This document shows positions 46,847 to 52,061 of a stretch of 52,061 nucleotides of DNA, piece after piece. Origin of the DNA: Candidatus Uhrbacteria bacterium (GTDB taxonomy: Bacteria > Patescibacteriota > Patescibacteriia > SG8-24); NCBI GenBank assembly GCA_016929435.1, contig JAFGIV010000007.1:1-52061 (forward strand), written 5' to 3'. The notes under the pieces are model-generated. The model saw only the letters and a list, made by a program, of their open reading frames with translations. It had not been told where the DNA came from and did not search any database. Each line of letters starts with the position of its first letter. The stretch's first letter is position 1. The position numbers and the translations under genes are program-made.

Positions 46847-48504
46847 GGCTGGTTCACCCTAATTACCCGATTGCGCCCGGTGCAGCACAGGTCACCGGGG
46901 GTATAGGCGGGATCGTCACAGTCGTAATATCCGTCGTTATCCGACCCGTACAGGCATTCCATTCCGCCTACGACCCGATTCTGCCTGGTGCAGCAGATGT
47001 CCCCCACCTCATATCCCGGCGAATCGCAGCGGCCAATGGTCGATTCCGCCTCCTGCCAATCGCAATTCAGGGCCGGATGCTCGATGCAGTCCACCGACAG
47101 GCTGCGGCAAAACGGATCCAGGCAATCGGTCAGGCCGTTGCCGTCGTCATCGATGCCGTTGACGCATTCCCGCTCGATCGGAATTGCCTTGTTCATGGCC
47201 ATGCTGAAGGTGGCGTTTCCCGCGAAATCGCACCGGGCCGAATTTTGAAAAAACTCCCCCTCGAACTGGGCGTAGCACTTCACCGCCCGATAGAAATCCT
47301 CGCTGGGCCCGAACAGGGTCCATTCGTTGTGGTGCGCATAGAACGGCAGGCGGCCGGTATCCAGGACAATGTCCCGGCAGAAACCGGATCCGCCCGGAAT
47401 GCCGAAATCGCAGACCTGACCGGAATCGCAGGCCGAATCCCCCGTACAGGCGGCCGGGGTCGGTTCCCCCGCCAGGTAACAGCCATCCACGAACCAAAGG
47501 GTATTGCCCTGGATCGGATCGGTACCGGGCTGGGCCGGGTTCCTGATGCCGTCCGCCTCGGATACCGAACCGTAAAAGACCGCGTCCGAACCGTTGGCCG
47601 GTTCGGTCTGGAATGTCCGCCCCAAAACCACCGTGTCCCCGTTCGGTTTAAGGAGGTCACACCGCAGCATGTATCCGATCGGGGCGAACACGTCCTCCAC
47701 GGTAACGGAATAGTCCGAGGGGTGGACTCCGGGAACCGGGGAATTGGCCGGCTCGAATATCCCCTGCGGACGCCTGACCTCCCCGACGAACGGCGGGGTC
47801 CAGTCGGTCTCCGCAAGGCTCCAGTCGATCCACCCCAAACCGGTACCGTCGTCATTGCCGCTCCAGGCCCAGTGGCCGGGATAGGCCGCGGCCGGAGCCG
47901 GCGGGTCGTCACATTCGTCCGGATCGCAAAAGGATCCGGTTTCCGGATCAAGGGCAACATAGAAAAACCGGCCGGTTCCCGCTTCCGGATCGCAGGCCTT
48001 CACCGACGGGTCACCGTTGTCGCAATTAAGGGAAATCCAGCCGCCTTCAGCCTCCCCGACGACGCGGGCCCAACCGTAAAGCCTGCCGTAGGGTGAATCC
48101 GGATCGGCCTGGACCCATTCGGCGTAATTGCCGGCCATGCCCTCGGGGTTGGGGATCGGGTTGCCGGACTTGTCCGTCAGCCCGTCGCAGGCCTTGCCGA
48201 AACATATCCAGCCGAAATTGTTCGACCAGGCAAAGCCGCTGATCGGCGCCCGCATGTAGGTCTGGCCGTCAGCCGGATCGAACAGGAAGACCGGGGAACC
48301 TATTTCCACGCCGTAATCCGAAGCGGCACAGGTGCCGCCGTTCTCGCAGTTCATGGAGATCCAACCGGCCACGGATGACCAAAGGTATCCGCGGATGGCG
48401 CTTCCGGCCAGGGCCGGTTCCGATCCGAAAAAAAACAAGCAGATGGCGACTGCGGAAAAAATCGCCAGGAACCTGATTTTCACGGCAGGGATGACGGTAG
48501 GCAT
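46843..48504 (-). CDS. Secreted Cys-rich protein with GxAWS..GWIS repeats
   Basis: Signal peptide; GYLWSSVAGWISMNC, GFAWSNNFGWICF, GWAR..GGWISLNC, WAWS..GWIDW; one CVNGIDDDGNGLTDCLDPFC; ATGA overlap with the next gene. Confidence 0.85.
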   Translation of the reverse strand: MPTVIPAVKIRFLAIFSAVAICLFFFGSEPALAGSAIRGYLWSSVAGWISMNCENGGTCAASDYGVEIGSPVFLFDPADGQTYMRAPISGFAWSNNFGWICFGKACDGLTDKSGNPIPNPEGMAGNYAEWVQADPDSPYGRLYGWARVVGEAEGGWISLNCDNGDPSVKACDPEAGTGRFFYVALDPETGSFCDPDECDDPPAPAAAYPGHWAWSGNDDGTGLGWIDWSLAETDWTPPFVGEVRRPQGIFEPANSPVPGVHPSDYSVTVEDVFAPIGYMLRCDLLKPNGDTVVLGRTFQTEPANGSDAVFYGSVSEADGIRNPAQPGTDPIQGNTLWFVDGCYLAGEPTPAACTGDSACDSGQVCDFGIPGGSGFCRDIVLDTGRLPFYAHHNEWTLFGPSEDFYRAVKCYAQFEGEFFQNSARCDFAGNATFSMAMNKAIPIERECVNGIDDDGNGLTDCLDPFCRSLSVDCIEHPALNCDWQEAESTIGRCDSPGYEVGDICCTRQNRVVGGMECLYGSDNDGYYDCDDPAYTPGDLCCTGRNRVIRVNQP

Positions 48505-48572
48505 ATCACCGTTTCATTATATAGCAAAACGGGGGCAACACGAAATGGGGCGTCTCCCTCCCGCAACCCAAG

Positions 48573-48606
48573 AAAAAAAACCGGTCAGGACCCTTGTCCT
48601 GACCGG
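48573..48606 (-). terminator. Intrinsic terminator after the metalloprotease
   Basis: CCGGTCAGGAC-CCTT-GTCCTGACCGG with T8 on the minus strand. Confidence 0.85.
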
Positions 48607-48631
48607 AAGGAAAAAACCTACCTCCTCTATC

Positions 48632-49363
48632 TTAGAGACATTCATGCCTTTCACAGACATGACGTCCGTCTGCTTCTGTAAAATCCAGAAGGCTCCTGTC
48701 CAGAAAGGCGTTCATGACCGCCCCATCCCCCTCCACATGCCCGAGACCAAGCATGTGCCCAATTTCGTGCATGACAACCGTCCGGAAATTACCCGGGCAA
48801 GGATCCCCCTCCTCAAGGGGGATGTCCTCTGGCCATTCGGACGGAATCGGACATGCACTCCCCCCATACCGGGGCATGCTGTCTGAGAAGATAAAAATGT
48901 CCCCACTGGAGGACGCCCTTCCTAACCTTCCCGAAAGATCCGTTTGGGAGAAAACCTCCATCAGCTCCCAATTGTACTCGTGCGCACAAATGAGAGTGTT
49001 TTTCCCGTCATTTAATCTCTTAGGGGTTAAACCCCTAAAATCCGGGTAATACTCCCCCAAGACCTCCACCCAACTTCCTTTTCCGGTTTTTTCGAGGAAA
49101 AAACCGTTGACCTTATCAACCCCCTGATACACTGCCTCTCTCTCAAGAGGCGTGCAGTTCCGATCTATCCAGAAGCTATAAACACCGTCCGTATCGGCGT
49201 CAGCATCGGCGTCCGCATCGTCCGTATCGCCATCCTCCCCCTCATCACCCACATCGTCCGTATCGCCGTTCCATTCCCCGTCACACGTCTCTTCCGTCTC
49301 TTCACAGGCGGCAGCGCCAATCAGGCCAAAAAGAACCGTCACCGTCATTATTATTTTTTCCAT
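48632..49363 (-). CDS. Matrixin (M10/metzincin) metalloprotease lipoprotein
   Basis: Signal plus AAA-C lipobox; acidic DTD/DADADAD linker; HEIGHMLGLGH and AVM Met-turn. Confidence 0.85.
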   Translation of the reverse strand: MEKIIMTVTVLFGLIGAAACEETEETCDGEWNGDTDDVGDEGEDGDTDDADADADADTDGVYSFWIDRNCTPLEREAVYQGVDKVNGFFLEKTGKGSWVEVLGEYYPDFRGLTPKRLNDGKNTLICAHEYNWELMEVFSQTDLSGRLGRASSSGDIFIFSDSMPRYGGSACPIPSEWPEDIPLEEGDPCPGNFRTVVMHEIGHMLGLGHVEGDGAVMNAFLDRSLLDFTEADGRHVCERHECL

Positions 49364-49419
49364 TCTTGCTCCCCTTTTCTAATCGCCCTCAAGGCGATGT
49401 TTTTCAAACGACTACTGAA

Positions 49420-49448
49420 ATCATAGCACAAAAAGGGGGTTTTGTCAA
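49420..49448 (-). promoter_or_regulatory. Sigma70 promoter TTGACA-N17-TATGAT (extended -10)
   Basis: Minus strand TTGACA AAACCCCCTTTTTGTGC TATGAT. Confidence 0.8.
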
Positions 49449-49500
49449 TGGTAAAACCTGTCCGGCGACGTCCCGCGCCGCCGGGTGCGGCAAGACCCGG

Positions 49501-49902
49501 TCAGCCCCTGTCGATCGCCATGTTCACCAGCCGGTCGGCTTCCTTGTTGTATTCCCGCCGGACGTGGGTAAACGACACTTTCTTGAAATTCGGCAAACGG
49601 TTCCAGACCTGCACGAAAAGCTGGGCCAACCCCGGATCCTTGACCCGGTATTCCCTCCTAAGCTGCCTGACCACCAGTTCGGAATCCAGGTAGAAATCCA
49701 GTTCGGTTCCACCCAACTCCCTGGCCTTGTCCAAGGCGACGACCACGGCCTGATACTCGGCCTGGTTGTTGGTTTTCCTCCCCAGATATTCGCCGTATTC
49801 CAGCAGCACGTTGCCCCTGTCGTCGGTAACGTAAACCCCGATCCCGGACGGTCCGGGATTGCCGCGGGCCCCGCCGTCGGTATGGATGATCAGTTTGGAC
49901 AT
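49501..49902 (-). CDS. rnhA: Ribonuclease HI
   Basis: TDGGARGNPGPSG, TNNQAEY, DSELVV.Q, HVRRE.NKEAD. Confidence 0.95.
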   Translation of the reverse strand: MSKLIIHTDGGARGNPGPSGIGVYVTDDRGNVLLEYGEYLGRKTNNQAEYQAVVVALDKARELGGTELDFYLDSELVVRQLRREYRVKDPGLAQLFVQVWNRLPNFKKVSFTHVRREYNKEADRLVNMAIDRG

Positions 49903-49907
49903 ATTTT

Positions 49908-51722
49908 TTATCTTACCAAGCCGCTACCGGCGGCCTTACCGGCGGCATAGGCCGATTCCCGAACGTTCCCTTGTTCGGCAGCCGGACGGATATCGATCAG
50001 TTGAACCTGTATCTCCTTCCTTCCGTTCCACTCGTTTATTCCCAACTCCACTACGGAATCGATCCGGCTGCCGGGCGGAAAGGCCACGGCCGCCTCGGCC
50101 AACCCGAACCCGATAGTCTTCATCTCCCGCGGCGAATCCCCCCGCACTCCCATCCGTACATGGCGGCTGTCCTTCCCGATGCAGGCCAACGAAACCACCT
50201 GCAGCCCGGCCATCAGGAAGCGCGGCTTGGGGTTCCCTTCCCCGAACGGCTCCATCTTCCCCAGGCATTCAACCAACCGCCAATCGACCTGGCTGGCGCT
50301 GATTTCGGCATCAATATCGATCGCCGGGCGGAGATCGATGCCTTCCAGGATTTTTCCGGCCCGCTCCTCCATCTTTCCTCTGAAACGTTCGAAATTGTCC
50401 TGTCCCACGATCGTCATGCCGCAGGCCTGGGGATGGCCGCCGTACCGGAACAGGCAGTCCCTGACGTCATCCAGGGCGGCCATGACATCGAACTCCGGAA
50501 CGCTCCGTCCTGAACCGACGAAACGGTCCCCCTCCCGTCCGAAAACGAAACTGGGACGGCCGGTCTCGTTGGTCATCCTTCCGGCGATGATGCCGACCAC
50601 GCCGGCCGACCAGCCGTCGCCGGAAATGACGTGAATCGGACGATCCCGATTCTCCGCGGCTTGGGCCAAGGCGACTCGGGACATCTGTTCGGTGAGACGC
50701 TGCCGTTCCAGGTTGATCTGGTTCAGCCGTTCGGCCAGGGTGGCCGCCGATTCCCCGCTTTCCGCCATCAGGCACTCAAACGCGACCGAGGCGTGATCCA
50801 TCCGGGAGGCGGCATTGATCCGGGGACCGATCCCGAAACCGATCGATCGGGTATCAACCGAACCCGAATCCAGGCCGGCCGCCTCCATCAGCTTGGCCAA
50901 CCCCAACCGCCGGGTCTTGTTCAGGACAATCAGGCCGAACCTCTCCAGCACCCGGTTCTCCCCCAGAAGCGGGACAACGTCCGTCACCGTGGCGATGGCC
51001 ACCAGGTCAAGCATCCACTTCTCGTATCCGGCCGGAAAATCGATCCCCCGTTCCCTGGAAAACGCCGCCAATCCGCAGGCCAGCTTGAAGGCCACGCCCA
51101 CGGCCGCCAGGTTCCGGAACGGGTAGGTCTCCCCCGGAGCCGAGGGGTGGATGGTGAGGCAATCCGGTACGGTTTCCGGAACCTGGTGGTGATCGACGAC
51201 GATCGCCTTGGCGCCGCCGGCCTGGGCCGCGGATATCTCCCTGGCCGATCCGATCCCGCAATCAACGGAAACGAGGAGTCTCATTCCCCCGGCCAAAAGC
51301 CTTTCAACGGCTTCGGTCTGGATGCCATAGCCTTCCCGTTCCCGGTGCGGGATATAGCTGGAAACCAATCCCGGATCCTGCCCCATCCTCCGGGCCAAAT
51401 CCCGAAAAACCGATACCAAAACGACGCTCCCGGTTACCCCATCGGCGTCATAGTCCCCGTAGACCACGATCGGTTCGCCCTGCTGTAGGGTATCCCAAAC
51501 CAACTGGCAGGCGGACCGCATGTCCCGGAACAGGAACGGGTCATGGGTATCCCTTTCCCAATCCGGTTCCAGGAAACGGGTAACGGCTTCCCGTTCCCTC
51601 AAGCCGCGGTTCCACAGGAGCCGCACTGCGGCTTCGGGAAATTCCTGAAGGTTCCGGATCGCCTCACGGTCCGGTTGGGGGGTCAAACGCCACCGTTTCC
51701 CCTTTTGATCGGTGCGACCCAT
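49908..51722 (-). CDS. recJ: ssDNA exonuclease RecJ
   Basis: YGDYDADG, PHREREGYG, VDCG, VDHH, ATVTDVVPL.GENR, GPRINAASR, GSGRS, GGHPQACG, PFGEGNP. Confidence 0.97.
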   Translation of the reverse strand: MGRTDQKGKRWRLTPQPDREAIRNLQEFPEAAVRLLWNRGLREREAVTRFLEPDWERDTHDPFLFRDMRSACQLVWDTLQQGEPIVVYGDYDADGVTGSVVLVSVFRDLARRMGQDPGLVSSYIPHREREGYGIQTEAVERLLAGGMRLLVSVDCGIGSAREISAAQAGGAKAIVVDHHQVPETVPDCLTIHPSAPGETYPFRNLAAVGVAFKLACGLAAFSRERGIDFPAGYEKWMLDLVAIATVTDVVPLLGENRVLERFGLIVLNKTRRLGLAKLMEAAGLDSGSVDTRSIGFGIGPRINAASRMDHASVAFECLMAESGESAATLAERLNQINLERQRLTEQMSRVALAQAAENRDRPIHVISGDGWSAGVVGIIAGRMTNETGRPSFVFGREGDRFVGSGRSVPEFDVMAALDDVRDCLFRYGGHPQACGMTIVGQDNFERFRGKMEERAGKILEGIDLRPAIDIDAEISASQVDWRLVECLGKMEPFGEGNPKPRFLMAGLQVVSLACIGKDSRHVRMGVRGDSPREMKTIGFGLAEAAVAFPPGSRIDSVVELGINEWNGRKEIQVQLIDIRPAAEQGNVRESAYAAGKAAGSGLVR

Positions 51723-51727
51723 CGGAT

Positions 51728-51850
51728 TCACCCCGTAAACGCCGGGGCGACCATTGCCCCGACCATGGCCAGGGTCGCCACGGCCGTAATCGCTATCCAA
51801 ACCGTCTTGCGCAAATGTCGCCGACGAATTCGTTTCCCGTTTATTCTCAT
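51728..51850 (-). CDS. Small membrane peptide (40 aa), below the ORF-track cutoff
   Basis: MRINGKRIRRRHLRKTVWIAITAVATLAMVGAMVAPAFTG*: basic N-terminus plus one TM; ends 5 nt before the recJ start. Confidence 0.6.
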   Translation of the reverse strand: MRINGKRIRRRHLRKTVWIAITAVATLAMVGAMVAPAFTG

Positions 51851-51955
51851 AATTTTTTATCGTTATTTGTTGGATTAAATCGGTCCGATGGGCTCCGGGC
51901 AGCCGAACGGCAACCCGCACGCGGCCGCCCCAACGGTCCGCCCCGGCGCCCGCAA

Positions 51956-52060
51956 TCAATCCTTCTTCCTCAAGACCTGCAGGAAGGCGTCCGGCGGAAT
52001 CTCCACCTTCCCGGACCGGACCATCCGCTTCTTCCCCTTTTTCTGCTTCTCCAGCAGCTT
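51956..52060 (-). CDS. lepA: Elongation factor 4 (LepA), C-terminal fragment at window edge
   Basis: [30 protein letters not shown]. Confidence 0.92.
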   Translation of the reverse strand, partial: KLLEKQKKGKKRMVRSGKVEIPPDAFLQVLRKKD

Positions 52061-52061
52061 C

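Noticed and set aside
51723-51959. N-terminal extension of RecJ given in the ORF track
   Set aside because: It overlaps the lepA stop and a better small ORF; RecJ homology starts near Met at 51722.

Overview
52 kb of a fairly GC-rich, code-11 bacterial chromosome that looks like Patescibacteria/CPR. That placement is inferred from the SecA insertion and SEC-C variant, a type IV pilus operon with a lone receiver domain, and 'GxAWS..GWIS' repeat surface proteins. Most genes are on the minus strand. Housekeeping genes: secA, hpf, murB/murC, nadE, dnaB-ybaB-recR, lgt, gatA/gatC, ligA, rnhA, recJ and the 3' end of lepA. A long type IV pilus locus (pilM-N-O, pilB, receiver, pilC, major pilin, pilD, four minor pilins) is preceded by two very large Cys/Asp-repeat surface proteins. 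Most interesting items: (1) a head-to-head Elp3 + Trm9/ALKBH8-like methyltransferase pair, suggesting a eukaryote/archaea-style cm5U->mcm5U tRNA wobble pathway in a bacterium; (2) a ~235-nt probable ncRNA with its own promoter and terminator, built from two identical 39-nt repeats and many ANGGA/CAGGA motifs; (3) a small Cys-rich precursor plus an ACGX-like radical SAM/SPASM maturase (RiPP), bracketed by an exact 18-bp direct repeat; (4) an AT-richer M23 peptidase lipoprotein island next to murC; (5) palindromic MITE/REP-like elements, one of which appears to supply the start of elp3. No rRNA, tRNA or CRISPR array was seen. All family calls come from motif recognition by eye, without database searches.
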